From Thermoleophilia bacterium (lineage in GTDB: Bacteria > Actinomycetota > Thermoleophilia > UBA2241), in contig DASRZL010000126.1 in the NCBI GenBank assembly GCA_035686425.1, positions 1,712 through 65,711 on the forward strand: DNA of 64,000 nucleotides, read 5' to 3'. The position numbers and the translations under genes were made by a program. The notes under the pieces were generated by a model. The model was given only the letters and a program-made list of their open reading frames with translations, was not told the origin of the DNA and did no database searches. This document shows positions 19,467-29,346 of this stretch, one piece after another. Numbering within the stretch: the first letter of the stretch is position 1; each line of letters starts with the position of its first letter.

Positions 19467-20126
19467 GTGAGCACACGCACGCAGAGCGTCGAGGAGTATC
19501 TCGAAGCCATCTTCAAGCTGCAGCGAGGCCAGGATCCCGTCACCGTGACGCGAATCGCGGCCGAGCTGGGCGTGGCTCCGCCGTCGGTCTCCGAGATGCT
19601 CGGGCGCCTGCGCGCGGAGGGTCTCGTCGCGGAGCCGGCCGAGGGAATCGGCATCACCCTCACCGCGGCCGGCGAGACGGAGGGCGCGACCCTCGTGCGC
19701 CGCCATCGGCTGAGCGAGCGCTTTCTCGTCGACTACCTCGACATGCCCTGGGACACCGTGCACGAGGAGGCCTGCAAGCTCGAGCACGTTCTCAGCTCCG
19801 AGGTCGAGGCGCGGCTCGCCGAGCAGCTCGGCAACCCGCGCACCTGCCCGCACGGCCACACCATCCCCGGCGAAGACGGCACGCTCGCCGACGACGACTT
19901 GCGGCCGCTCTCCCGCCTCGAGCCGGGCGACGAAGCCGTCATCGGCTGCATCGCGGAGGAGAAGAGCGACCTGTTACGCTACCTCGCCTCGCTCGGCCTG
20001 CTCCCCGACACGACCGTCGCCGTCGAGAGCGTGGCGCCCTTCAACGGCCCGCTGCTGGTGCGCGTCGGCGGCTCGCAGTACGCCCTCGGCCGCGAGGTGA
20101 CCGACAAGATCATGGTCCGCGGCTGA
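19467..20126 (+). CDS. DtxR/MntR family metal-dependent transcriptional regulator with C-terminal FeoA/SH3-like domain
   Basis: N-terminal DtxR HTH (VEEYLEAIFKL...VTVTRIAAELGVAPPSVSEML), metal-binding residues, C-terminal SH3-like domain. Confidence 0.8.
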   Translation: MSTRTQSVEEYLEAIFKLQRGQDPVTVTRIAAELGVAPPSVSEMLGRLRAEGLVAEPAEGIGITLTAAGETEGATLVRRHRLSERFLVDYLDMPWDTVHEEACKLEHVLSSEVEARLAEQLGNPRTCPHGHTIPGEDGTLADDDLRPLSRLEPGDEAVIGCIAEEKSDLLRYLASLGLLPDTTVAVESVAPFNGPLLVRVGGSQYALGREVTDKIMVRG

Positions 20127-20131
20127 CGCCG

Positions 20132-22126
20132 ATGGCCACGTCGCTCCACCCGAGCGGCCATGAGGTCGTCCACACGACTCCGACCGATCGGCCGCTCGTC
20201 GTCTGTCTGGCCGGCAACCCCAACGTCGGCAAGTCCTCGCTGTTCAACTCGCTCACGGGTGAATCGCGCGAGACCGCCCACTGCGCCGGAGTGACCGTCG
20301 AGGCCTGCGCCGCCTTCACACACTGGCGGCACCGGCGCATCGAACTGGTCGACCTGCCTGGCAGCTACGCGCTCGACGGGCTCGGCGAGGATCAGCTGGC
20401 GGCAAGGCGGGCGGTGCTCGACTGGCGGCCCGACGTCGTCATCGCCGTGGCCGATGCGACCAACCTCGCCCGGAGCCTGTTTCTTCCGATGCAGCTGCTC
20501 GATCTGGGGTACCGGGTCGTGATCGCCCTCAATCTCTCCGACGAGGCGCGGCGGGCCGGGCGCACGCCGGACGCCGGGCGGCTCTCGCGGGACCTCGGCG
20601 TCCCCGTCGTCCCGACGGTGGCGCCTCGCGGCGAAGGCCTTCAGGAGCTCAAGGCCGCCGTGCTGCGCGTCAGCGCCGGCGGCGGCCTGGGTGAGACTGC
20701 CGGCACGCCGCTGCCGTCCGAGGTGGAGCAGCGCGTCGGGGAGGTGGCCCTCCACATCGCGGCGCGCGCCGACGAGGGCCGCCTCGCGCCGGGCGGTCTC
20801 AGCCCGCGCGGGGCGGCGCTGGCCGTCCTCGAGGGCGACGCCGATGTCGCCCGTGCCGTCGGCCTTGGCGGCGCCGACTTCCTCACCGCCGCCGACGAGG
20901 GCCTCGCGCTCGAGATCTCCAAGGCGCGGCACGCGGAGGCGCGGGCGCTGGCGGCGGCCGCGCAGGACACGCGCGCCGCCGCCGACCGCTGGTGGCGACT
21001 CACCACCGCGCCGCGCACGGGCGTCCCCATCATGCTCGGCGTCATCACCGTCGTGTTCGCCACGCTCTTTGTCGTCGGCGATCTGCTCGCGCGGGTGCTC
21101 ACGGCGGCGTGGACGGCGTGGATCTCCCCCGCGGTCATCCGTGTGGTCACCGCCATCTTCGGCGACGGCACCCTCGGCAGGGTGGTCCTGTGGGGCGTCG
21201 ACGGCGGCATCCTTGCCACGCTCGCCGTCGGCATCCCCTACATCCTGACGTTCTACTTCATCCTCGCCGTGGTCGAGGACACGGGCTACATGAACGCGGC
21301 CGCCTTCCTCAGCGATCGCATCATGCACCGCATCGGCCTGCACGGGCGCGCCATCATCCCGCTCATCGCCGCCGGCGGCTGCAACGTGCCGGCGATCATC
21401 GCCACGCGCTCGCTGGGCAACAAGCGCGAGCGCACCATCGCCGCCGTGCTCGCCACACTCACGCCGTGCAGCGCGCGCACCGCCGTCATCATCGGGGCCG
21501 TCGCCGGTGTCGCCGGCTGGCAGTACGCGCTCCTCACCTACGCCGTCCTCATCGTCGTCATCATCCTCGCCGGGCTCGGCATGAACCGGCTCATTCCCGG
21601 CGACAAGGGCGTGCTGGTCATGGAGATGTTCCCCTTCCGCCGCCCGGTGCTCCGTCAGGTGGCGCGCAAGACGTGGCGGCGCTTCCGCGAGTTCATCTGG
21701 GATGCCGCCCCCATCATCCTGCTGGGCAGCATGGCGCTCGGGCTGTTGTACGAGACCGGCTGGGTGTGGGAGCTCGGGACCGTCCTCGAGCCCATTGTCG
21801 AGGGGTGGCTCCTGTTGCCGATGGTCGCCGGGCTCACGCTCGTGTTCGCGGTGCTCCGCAAGGAGCTAGCCCTGCAGTTGCTGCTGGTGTTCGCCGCCGT
21901 GCAGGCCGGCGGGGCGGTGGTCAGCATCTCCTCGTTCATGAGCACTTCGCAGATCGTCACCTACGCGATCGTGAACGCGCTCTACGTGCCCTGCGTGGCC
22001 ACCATCGCGGTGCTGGGGCGCGAGCTCGGGTGGCGGCGGACGGCCGTCATCTGCACCGGCACCATCGTGCTCGCGCTTCTTGTGGGCGGCATCGTCGCCC
22101 GCGTGCTCCCGCTGTTCGCCGCCTGA
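20132..22126 (+). CDS. feoB: Ferrous iron transport protein B
   Basis: N-terminal G-domain (GNPNVGKSS, DLPG) plus large polytopic permease domain, 664 aa. Confidence 0.9.
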   Translation: MATSLHPSGHEVVHTTPTDRPLVVCLAGNPNVGKSSLFNSLTGESRETAHCAGVTVEACAAFTHWRHRRIELVDLPGSYALDGLGEDQLAARRAVLDWRPDVVIAVADATNLARSLFLPMQLLDLGYRVVIALNLSDEARRAGRTPDAGRLSRDLGVPVVPTVAPRGEGLQELKAAVLRVSAGGGLGETAGTPLPSEVEQRVGEVALHIAARADEGRLAPGGLSPRGAALAVLEGDADVARAVGLGGADFLTAADEGLALEISKARHAEARALAAAAQDTRAAADRWWRLTTAPRTGVPIMLGVITVVFATLFVVGDLLARVLTAAWTAWISPAVIRVVTAIFGDGTLGRVVLWGVDGGILATLAVGIPYILTFYFILAVVEDTGYMNAAAFLSDRIMHRIGLHGRAIIPLIAAGGCNVPAIIATRSLGNKRERTIAAVLATLTPCSARTAVIIGAVAGVAGWQYALLTYAVLIVVIILAGLGMNRLIPGDKGVLVMEMFPFRRPVLRQVARKTWRRFREFIWDAAPIILLGSMALGLLYETGWVWELGTVLEPIVEGWLLLPMVAGLTLVFAVLRKELALQLLLVFAAVQAGGAVVSISSFMSTSQIVTYAIVNALYVPCVATIAVLGRELGWRRTAVICTGTIVLALLVGGIVARVLPLFAA

Positions 22127-22177
22127 GTGTCGGCCGCGGGGGCGCGCCCCGCCGCGGTGATACACCGCACCAGGGAG

Positions 22178-22996
22178 TCATCGCCTCCGTGCAGGCGCAT
22201 CCGTGGGAGCACCGTTTGCGAGCGCCCAGTCGATCGTGGCGCGCGCCACGAACGCCGAGCGCCCGGGACCGTGATGGCCGCCCTCACCGAGCGCGATGAG
22301 CGCGGAGGGCGCGGCCAGCACGGCAGCGAGGCGTTCGCTGTGCGCGTACGGCACCTCGTCGTCGTCGCGCGCGTGCGCCAGCAGCACGCGCGGCAGGCCG
22401 GTGGCCGCCTCCACGAGATCGAGGCCGCCGAGGAACGGCCGCAGCGCGGCGCCGTCGAAGCGGCCGGAGTACTCGCGGCCCGGCGGCCCGCCGGGGGCGC
22501 TCGCCGGGTCGTTCTCGAGCTCGTCGAGCCCGGCGAGCAGGGACGTGCCGTCCGCCGGGCACAGCAGCACCAGCGAGCGGAAGAGCCCGGGCCGGGCGCG
22601 CGTCGCCAGAAGGAGCAGGCATCCGCCCATGCTGGCCCCGCGCGCCGCCAGCCAGGGGGCGCCGGACTGCGCGAGCAGCCGTTCGCCTGCGGCTACGGCG
22701 TCCCGCCAGCCGTCCGGGTCCATCTCGCCGCCGCTCTCGCCGTGACCGCGGAAGTCGAAGGTGAGCGCGGCCAGCCCGGCCGCGGCGGCCTGCTCGCCCA
22801 TCAGCTCGTGGTTCTCCTTGCGGCTGCCGGCGCCGTGGCAGACGAGGAGCGCGCCGGCGGGCGAGCCCGCCGGCCGGAAGAACCGGCCGGCCAGCTCGAC
22901 GCCGTCCGACGCGATCGTCAGGGGCCGTGGCGGAGGGGTCGTATCCACGACCCTCGAGTTTAGCGAACAGGCAGGGTGTGATGTACTACCGTGCAC
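22178..22996 (-). CDS. Alpha/beta hydrolase (dienelactone hydrolase/esterase-like)
   Basis: HGAGS...FDFRGHGES, nucleophile elbow GASMGG, C-terminal His; exact start uncertain. Confidence 0.65.
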   Translation of the reverse strand: MHGSTSHPACSLNSRVVDTTPPPRPLTIASDGVELAGRFFRPAGSPAGALLVCHGAGSRKENHELMGEQAAAAGLAALTFDFRGHGESGGEMDPDGWRDAVAAGERLLAQSGAPWLAARGASMGGCLLLLATRARPGLFRSLVLLCPADGTSLLAGLDELENDPASAPGGPPGREYSGRFDGAALRPFLGGLDLVEAATGLPRVLLAHARDDDEVPYAHSERLAAVLAAPSALIALGEGGHHGPGRSAFVARATIDWALANGAPTDAPARRR

Positions 22997-23018
22997 CCTG
23001 CAGCACCACGGAGGTCAC

Positions 23019-24269
23019 ATGCACCAGGTCAACGTCGGCCGCAAATCGCTGGCCGACTACCGCAGCATCGTCCCCCGGGACCTGATGGCTGAGATCGACG
23101 AGCTCGGCGAGCGGCTCAAGGGCCGGCAGGTCCTGCACGTGAACGCCACCGCCTTCGGCGGCGTCGCCGAGATCCTGTACACGCTCGTCCCTCTGGTGAC
23201 CGACGTCGGCCTCGAGGCGCACTGGCAGATCCTCACGGCGCCGCCCGAGTTCTTCAACGTCACCAAGAGCTTCCACAACGGCCTCCAGGGGCACGCGGTG
23301 GAGTTCCCCGTCGAGGCGCGGGCGCTCTACGAGGAGGTCTGCCGCGCCAACGCCGCCGAGCTCACGCGGCCCTACGACTTCGTCGTCATCCACGACCCGC
23401 AACCGCTGGCGATGCGCGACTTCGTCACCCGCAGCCAGGACCGCTCGACGTGGTGGATCTGGCGCTGCCACATCGACACCTCCACGCCGGACCAGGGACT
23501 CTACGACTACCTGCTGCCGTCCATCAACCGCTACGACGCGGCCGTCTATACGCTCGCCGACTATGTGCCCAAAGGCCTCACGGTGCCCGTGCGCGAGATC
23601 GCCCCGACCATCGATCCGCTGGCGCCCAAGAACATGCAGCTCTCGGCGGAGGACGCCACGTACATCGTGCGCCAGTTCGGCATCGACGTGGAGCGGCCAC
23701 TGCTCGTGCAGGTGTCGCGCTTCGACCTCTGGAAGGACCCACTCGGCGTGGTCGACGTCTATCGTACCGTCAAGGCGAAGCACCCGGACGTCCAGCTCGC
23801 GCTCGTGGGCTCCATGGCCAGCGACGACCCGGAGGGCTGGGACTACCTCGAGCGCGTCATCGCCTACGTGGGCGGCGACCCCGACGTCTTCATCCTCTCC
23901 AACCTCGACAACGTGGGCTCGGTCGAGATCAACGCCTTCCAAAGTCACGCCGACGTGATCATGCAGAAGTCGACGCGCGAAGGGTTCGGGCTGACCGTGT
24001 CCGAGGGTCTGTGGAAGGGGCGGCCGACCATCGGCAGCAACGTCGGCGGCATCCCGCTGCAGATCGAGGACGGCGTCACCGGCTATCTCGTGCAGTCCGC
24101 CACCGAGTGCGCGGAGCGCTGCCTCCAGGTGCTCGCCGACCCGGCGAAGCACCGCGCCATGGCGCTGCTCGGCAAGGAGACGGTGCGCCGCGATTTCCTG
24201 ACGCCGCGTCTGATCCGCGACGACCTGCGGCTCTTCGCCGACCTCGAGGCGGGTAAGATAGGGGCCTGA
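23019..24269 (+). CDS. treT: Trehalose glycosyltransferring synthase TreT-like (GT4 family)
   Basis: N-terminus MHQVNVGRKSLADYRSIVP...LHVNATAFGGVAEIL and overall architecture typical of TreT; ATG at 23019 after GGAGG. Confidence 0.7.
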   Translation: MHQVNVGRKSLADYRSIVPRDLMAEIDELGERLKGRQVLHVNATAFGGVAEILYTLVPLVTDVGLEAHWQILTAPPEFFNVTKSFHNGLQGHAVEFPVEARALYEEVCRANAAELTRPYDFVVIHDPQPLAMRDFVTRSQDRSTWWIWRCHIDTSTPDQGLYDYLLPSINRYDAAVYTLADYVPKGLTVPVREIAPTIDPLAPKNMQLSAEDATYIVRQFGIDVERPLLVQVSRFDLWKDPLGVVDVYRTVKAKHPDVQLALVGSMASDDPEGWDYLERVIAYVGGDPDVFILSNLDNVGSVEINAFQSHADVIMQKSTREGFGLTVSEGLWKGRPTIGSNVGGIPLQIEDGVTGYLVQSATECAERCLQVLADPAKHRAMALLGKETVRRDFLTPRLIRDDLRLFADLEAGKIGA

Positions 24270-24292
24270 TCAGCCGACGGGAGGAGGGCGAC

Positions 24293-25801
24293 GTGGAGCG
24301 TGTCGATCTCGCACAGCGCCGCCTTGTGGTGGCCGCCAACCGCGGGCCTGTGTCGTTCCACGAGGACCCATCGGGAGAGCCGGTCGTCACGCGCGGCCCC
24401 GGCGGCCTCGTCACCGTCCTCACCGAGGTCTTGCGGCATCACCCCGGCACGTGGGTGGCGGCGGCGCTCGGCGACGAGGAGCGCCGCCTGGCGGCCGAGC
24501 AACGGGCGGTCGACGTGGATCTGGACGGCGACCGCTACCGGCTGCGATACGTCGACGCGGACCCGGTTGCGTACAACAAGTACTACAACGTCGTCGCCAA
24601 CCCCATGCTGTGGTTCATCCAGCACTACCTGTGGGATCTCGGCAGGCACCCCGATGTCGGCGCTGAAGAGCTGGATGCCTGGCACAACGGCTACCTGGTC
24701 GTCAACGACCTGTTCGCGCGTGCGGTCATCGACGAGGTGCGGCGCGGGCAGGACGGGCGCCGCCGCCGCGGCGCCACCGGCGGTGACGCCCTCGTCTTTC
24801 TGCACGACTACCAGCTGTACTGCGTGGCGCCTCAGGTCCGCGTGGCGTGCCCGGACGCGTTTCTGCACCAGTTCATCCACATCCCCTGGCCGCAGAGCGA
24901 CTACTGGCGCGTGCTGCCCGAGCACATCCGCGAGGCGGTGTTCCGGGGCCTGCTCGGCAACGACATCGTCGCGCTCCACACGTCCGGCTATGCGCGCAAC
25001 TTCCTGCGCTGCTGCCAGGACCTGCTCGAGCTGGAGGTGGACGCGGCCGCCGGCGTCGTGCGGTACGAAGGCCGCGACGTGTGGGTGCGCGCCTACCCGG
25101 TGAGCATCGATCCGGCGTCGCTGCGCGCCGCGGCGAAGTCGCGCCGCGCCTACAGAGCGGAGCGCGGACTACTGAGCAAGCGGCGCGAGTTCCTGCTGCT
25201 GCGCGTAGACCGTCTCGACCTCAGCAAGAACATCATCCGGGGGTTCGTGGCGCTGGACCGCTTCCTCGACCTGCATCCGGAGTTCAAGGAGCGCCTGACC
25301 TTTCTCGCCCTGCTGCAGCCGTCCCGGCAAGACGTCGAGGAGTACGTGACGTATCGGGAGAGAGTGGAGCGTGTGGTGGCCGACGTGAACACGCGCCACG
25401 GGACACCCGACTGGATGCCCATCGACCTGCGTATCCAGGACGACTTCCCGGTCACCCTGGCGGCCTACGCCCAGTACGACGTCCTGGTCGTGAACGCCAT
25501 CAGCGACGGCATGAATCTTGTCGCGAAGGAGGGCCCCATCCTCAACCGCCGCGACGGTGTGCTCGTGCTCAGTGAGTACGCGGGCGCCTACGAGGAGCTC
25601 GGCGCGTTCGCGCTCGGTGTCAACCCGTTCAATATCGAGCAGCAGGCGGACGCCCTCTATCGCGCGCTCACCATGGACCCCGGCGAGCGCGAGGACAGGG
25701 CACGGATGCTCCGCACGGTGGTCGAGGGCAACAGCATCGAGAAGTGGGTCGGGGCGCAGTTCGCCGACATCGACGCCAAGCTGGAGGACGCCTCGGCGTG
25801 A
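24293..25801 (+). CDS. otsA: Alpha,alpha-trehalose-phosphate synthase (GT20)
   Basis: LVVAANRGPVSF, WFIQHYLWD, LHDYQL and other GT20 OtsA signatures; GTG start. Confidence 0.85.
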   Translation: MERVDLAQRRLVVAANRGPVSFHEDPSGEPVVTRGPGGLVTVLTEVLRHHPGTWVAAALGDEERRLAAEQRAVDVDLDGDRYRLRYVDADPVAYNKYYNVVANPMLWFIQHYLWDLGRHPDVGAEELDAWHNGYLVVNDLFARAVIDEVRRGQDGRRRRGATGGDALVFLHDYQLYCVAPQVRVACPDAFLHQFIHIPWPQSDYWRVLPEHIREAVFRGLLGNDIVALHTSGYARNFLRCCQDLLELEVDAAAGVVRYEGRDVWVRAYPVSIDPASLRAAAKSRRAYRAERGLLSKRREFLLLRVDRLDLSKNIIRGFVALDRFLDLHPEFKERLTFLALLQPSRQDVEEYVTYRERVERVVADVNTRHGTPDWMPIDLRIQDDFPVTLAAYAQYDVLVVNAISDGMNLVAKEGPILNRRDGVLVLSEYAGAYEELGAFALGVNPFNIEQQADALYRALTMDPGEREDRARMLRTVVEGNSIEKWVGAQFADIDAKLEDASA

Positions 25802-25855
25802 GGCGCAAGCACGGCGGCCGGCGGAGGCGAAGCGCCCGCGGCCGGCCGCCGTGCC

Positions 25856-26551
25856 TCACGCGTGCGGGTACGTGGCGATCAGCATGATGCAGTAGACGAG
25901 AAACACCCCGGCGACGATGTTGACCGCGTAACGCACGCGTCGAATCGTGAAGCGCTGGCCGATGGCGATCAAGAAGAGCACCGCGGCGAGGATGACGGTC
26001 AGCCGCACGTAGTGCTCGCCGGTCTCGCGTGAGGTGACGCCCTCTTCGAAGGCCGCGTGGGCCTCCTTGGCCATGACGGCGGCCTCCTCGGCCCGCGGGT
26101 CGAAGAACTGCGGCATCTCACCAGGGCCGGCGGGGGCATCGGGGTTCGTGAGCGGATCGGTCTTCAGCCAGGCCTCGAACGCGGGTTTGTACTCCTCTGT
26201 GAATCGGTTCGCAAGAATATCGGCGAGCTCGGCGTTGCCAGAGGTAGCCGCCTGCAGCCAGGCCGTGACGTTGCCGGCGTTGTAGGCGAGATACTGGTTG
26301 CTGGTCAGCGACGCCTGTTCGGCTTCCACGCGCAGCCGCGATGAGGTCGCGTAGGCGCGCGAGCTCTCGCCGTCCCAACGCGCGGCCTGGTAGCCGCTGA
26401 CGGCCGTCGCCAGCGCCACGATGGCGAGCAGGACCGCCTCGAGGATCTCGATGATCTCGATGCGCCGGCGGCTCGGTCCGCTCTCGCCGGCGTGCTCTCC
26501 GTGCTCGCGCAGGTGCTCCGCGACTTCGATGTTGATGTTGCCTTCCGGCAT
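25856..26551 (-). CDS. DUF4337 family membrane protein
   Basis: One N-terminal TM helix followed by a coiled region and two C-terminal TM helices; start at internal ATG (MPEGNINIEV) with GGAGG RBS. Confidence 0.55.
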   Translation of the reverse strand: MPEGNINIEVAEHLREHGEHAGESGPSRRRIEIIEILEAVLLAIVALATAVSGYQAARWDGESSRAYATSSRLRVEAEQASLTSNQYLAYNAGNVTAWLQAATSGNAELADILANRFTEEYKPAFEAWLKTDPLTNPDAPAGPGEMPQFFDPRAEEAAVMAKEAHAAFEEGVTSRETGEHYVRLTVILAAVLFLIAIGQRFTIRRVRYAVNIVAGVFLVYCIMLIATYPHA

Positions 26552-26757
26552 TCCCGGTCTCCTCCCGCCCTCGCCCGTGACTGCGTTGCTGGCGGCAGAT
26601 GGTACTACACCGGTGAGTCCGGGCGGCAACGGGAACACTGCCTCCGGACCCTCGCACTTGACCAAGGTCCAGTGTCGTCGCGCCGTGTTCCGGCTATCTT
26701 CGGGACGAGACAGGCGATCGGGGCCGCCGCGCAGGATCGTCGGCGGCCGCCAGACGG

Positions 26758-27012
26758 GTGACCATGATCCTCGAGATCTTCGCGTGCGACGAGAAGCTGT
26801 GCGTGGACGTCGAGTCCGCCGTGGACGATGCCCTGCGTGACCTCGGTCTCGTCGAAGAGACGACCGTCTACCGGATCACGGACCCGGCCAGCATGGTCGG
26901 CCGCGGCGTCTGGCGGGCGCCGGGGCTGGCCGTCAACGGCAAGGTCGTGTCGCGGGGCAAGCCGCTCTCGGCGGCGCAGATCGCCGACCTGATCCGCGGC
27001 GCCGCCGGCTGA
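26758..27012 (+). CDS. Thioredoxin-fold protein (Thioredoxin_3/TM0983-like redox-active disulfide protein)
   Basis: 84-aa protein, MxIEIF...C...C N-terminus and ...PGLAVNGKVV...GKP...I..L pattern. Confidence 0.55.
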   Translation: MTMILEIFACDEKLCVDVESAVDDALRDLGLVEETTVYRITDPASMVGRGVWRAPGLAVNGKVVSRGKPLSAAQIADLIRGAAG

Positions 27013-27077
27013 CGCCCGCGCCCCGAGGGCCGCCTCTCGAGCTTCACGAGCGCCGGAGCGGCGCTACGCCTCATGGC

Positions 27078-28178
27078 TCACGACCCGCCGGCACGCTCAC
27101 GGGCCGGCGTGAGGTACTCCTCGGCGAGGTCGACGCCCACCGAGCGGCGGCCGAGTTGCGACGCCACGAGCATCGCCGTCCCCGTTCCACAGAAGGGGTC
27201 GAGCACGACGCCGTCCGGGGGGCAGGTGGCGAGGATCGGGATGCGGCACAGATCGGCGGGGAAGGGCGCGTAGTGGAGCCCCCGGCCTTGCGTGTCCTCC
27301 GGCATGATGTCCCAGACGTCGCCGGGCTTGGCGCCGCGCGGGTGGTAGCGCAGGAAGTAGAACCCGCGCTGCTCGAGCTCGCGAGCGCGGCCGGAGACCG
27401 CGCCGACGTCGGAGTGCGTCGCCCGCTGACGGCCGCGGATGACCATGCGGAAGTCGGCGAGGCGGCCATCCCTGACATCATCCAGCGTGGTCTCGAGCGC
27501 CGCCAGGGCCGCCGCCTTCTCGAGGTCGTCGAGCGCCGTCGAGAGCTCGATCTGGCGGCGGTAGCGCACGCCGCTGACGCCGGTGGCCGAGACGACGGCG
27601 CCGTTCTCGACCCGCGCTTCGCGAGGAGCGCTGCGCACGGCGTCGGCGTCGTAGAAGTAGCCGCGCGGCTGCCGCACGAAGTGGAACAGCAGTTCGTGCA
27701 CGTTGCGGAGTCTGTCGCGGCTCGTGTCCGGGCCGCCCTTGACCTTGTGCCAGACGACGCTGTTCCGGAGCGTCCACCCCTGCTCGTCGGCGAGGTGGAA
27801 AGCGACGCGCCACGGGATGCCGAGCTGGCGCTTGCCGCGGTAGGTGTCGCCGAGGTTGAGCCAGAGCGAGCCGGTCGGCCGGAGGACGCGGAGGAGCTCC
27901 GCGGTGACGGCTCCGAGGGCTGCCACGTAGTCCCGCCAGCCGCCCTCGGCTCCGATGCCGCCGCCGGCGTACCGCCGGTGTCCGAAGTACGGGGGGCTCG
28001 TGACGACGCAGTGCACGGAGGACGCGGGGAAGAGCCGGAGGGTCTGTGCGGCGTCGCCGCGGAGGAAGAGCGGGCGCGGGTGGGGCGAGTCGGCGACGGC
28101 GCTCCCGCCCGTCAGGTACTCGGCGAGTCCCTCCGGCGCACCGGCGCGGTCGTCAGATCCGTCGCCGGTGTCGCTCAC
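27078..28178 (-). CDS. Site-specific DNA methyltransferase, beta-class amino-MTase (probable N4-cytosine or N6-adenine)
   Basis: Motif IV TSPPY near the N-terminus and motif I DPFCGTGT near the C-terminus (beta permutation); ParB-less orphan arrangement. Confidence 0.8.
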   Translation of the reverse strand: MSDTGDGSDDRAGAPEGLAEYLTGGSAVADSPHPRPLFLRGDAAQTLRLFPASSVHCVVTSPPYFGHRRYAGGGIGAEGGWRDYVAALGAVTAELLRVLRPTGSLWLNLGDTYRGKRQLGIPWRVAFHLADEQGWTLRNSVVWHKVKGGPDTSRDRLRNVHELLFHFVRQPRGYFYDADAVRSAPREARVENGAVVSATGVSGVRYRRQIELSTALDDLEKAAALAALETTLDDVRDGRLADFRMVIRGRQRATHSDVGAVSGRARELEQRGFYFLRYHPRGAKPGDVWDIMPEDTQGRGLHYAPFPADLCRIPILATCPPDGVVLDPFCGTGTAMLVASQLGRRSVGVDLAEEYLTPARERAGGS

Positions 28179-29200
28179 GCTTCGAGGACGCGCCGGTAGA
28201 TCGCCTCGTAGTCGGCGACCATGCGCCCGACCGCGAACCGCTCTTCGACCGTGCGGCGACAGACGGCCGGGTCGATCTCACCGACCCGGCCCACGGCCGA
28301 GATGAACTCCTCGAGGTCGTCACACACGAAGCCGGTGACGCCGTCGTCCACGACCTCCGGCACCGAGCCCTGGTGCAGCGCCACGACGGGCGTGCCGCAG
28401 GCCATCGCCTCGATCATCACCAGGCCGAACGGCTCCGGCCAGGTGATGGGGAAGACGAAGGCGTGCGCGTGGGCGAACAGCTCGCGCTTGCGGGCGTCGC
28501 TCACCTCGCCCTCGTAGACGATCTGGTCGCCGTCGATGTGCGGGGCGACCAATGTCTCGAAGTACTCGCGGAACGGCTCCTGCAGCACGCCGGCCATGAT
28601 GAGCCGCCGGCCGGTGCGCCTGGCCGCCTCGATGCTGAGGTGAAAGCCCTTGGCCTCGCAGACGCGCCCGAAGGCGAGCAGGTAGTCATCCTTCTCGGGG
28701 GTGTAGGGCCACTGCTCGACGGCGATGGCGTTGTAGGCGAGCCCGGCCCAATCCATCGCCGGCGGTCCCATCGACTGCTGGTAGGCGCTGATGCCGACGT
28801 ACGGCACCTCGCCGGCGAACTGCTCGTAGAAGCCGTAGGCGGCGGCGTCGAAGGCGCAGTGCACGGTGTGCAGCATAGGAGTGGCCAGATAGCGGCTGAA
28901 GGCGATGCCGATGAAGCCCGAGTGGTCGTGGACGAGGTCGAACCCGCCCTCGTCGATGTCGGCGAAGGCGAACGAGACCTGCCGCGCGTCGTAGCTGGTC
29001 TGGCCGAGGACCTCGGGCATCTGCCTGGGGAAGAGGGCGCAGAGCTCGGCGGCCGTGTGCGAGTCGCCGGTGGCGTACAGGCGGACCTCGTGCCCGCGCT
29101 CCACGAGCCCGTCGCACAACTGCTGGACGACCCATTCCGTGCCGCCGTAGCCGGCGGGTGGGACGGTGATCCACGGGGGTGCGAGCTGTGCGATGCGCAT
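28175..29200 (-). CDS. Glycosyltransferase family 4
   Basis: GT-B fold, EPFGLVMIEAMACGTPVV motif; stop overlaps methyltransferase start (ATGA). Confidence 0.8.
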   Translation of the reverse strand: MRIAQLAPPWITVPPAGYGGTEWVVQQLCDGLVERGHEVRLYATGDSHTAAELCALFPRQMPEVLGQTSYDARQVSFAFADIDEGGFDLVHDHSGFIGIAFSRYLATPMLHTVHCAFDAAAYGFYEQFAGEVPYVGISAYQQSMGPPAMDWAGLAYNAIAVEQWPYTPEKDDYLLAFGRVCEAKGFHLSIEAARRTGRRLIMAGVLQEPFREYFETLVAPHIDGDQIVYEGEVSDARKRELFAHAHAFVFPITWPEPFGLVMIEAMACGTPVVALHQGSVPEVVDDGVTGFVCDDLEEFISAVGRVGEIDPAVCRRTVEERFAVGRMVADYEAIYRRVLEA

Positions 29201-29346
29201 GGCGGCATTCTATAGGAGGAACGCCGGGGCGCGAGGCGCTTATGGACGTCGGGCATCCTGCCGATGGGAGGCACACGCCCGGTATCCCGGCCGCACGATG
29301 GAGGGTATGGTCACCGGGCGAGGCGACGGCGAGGTAGAGTACGGCG

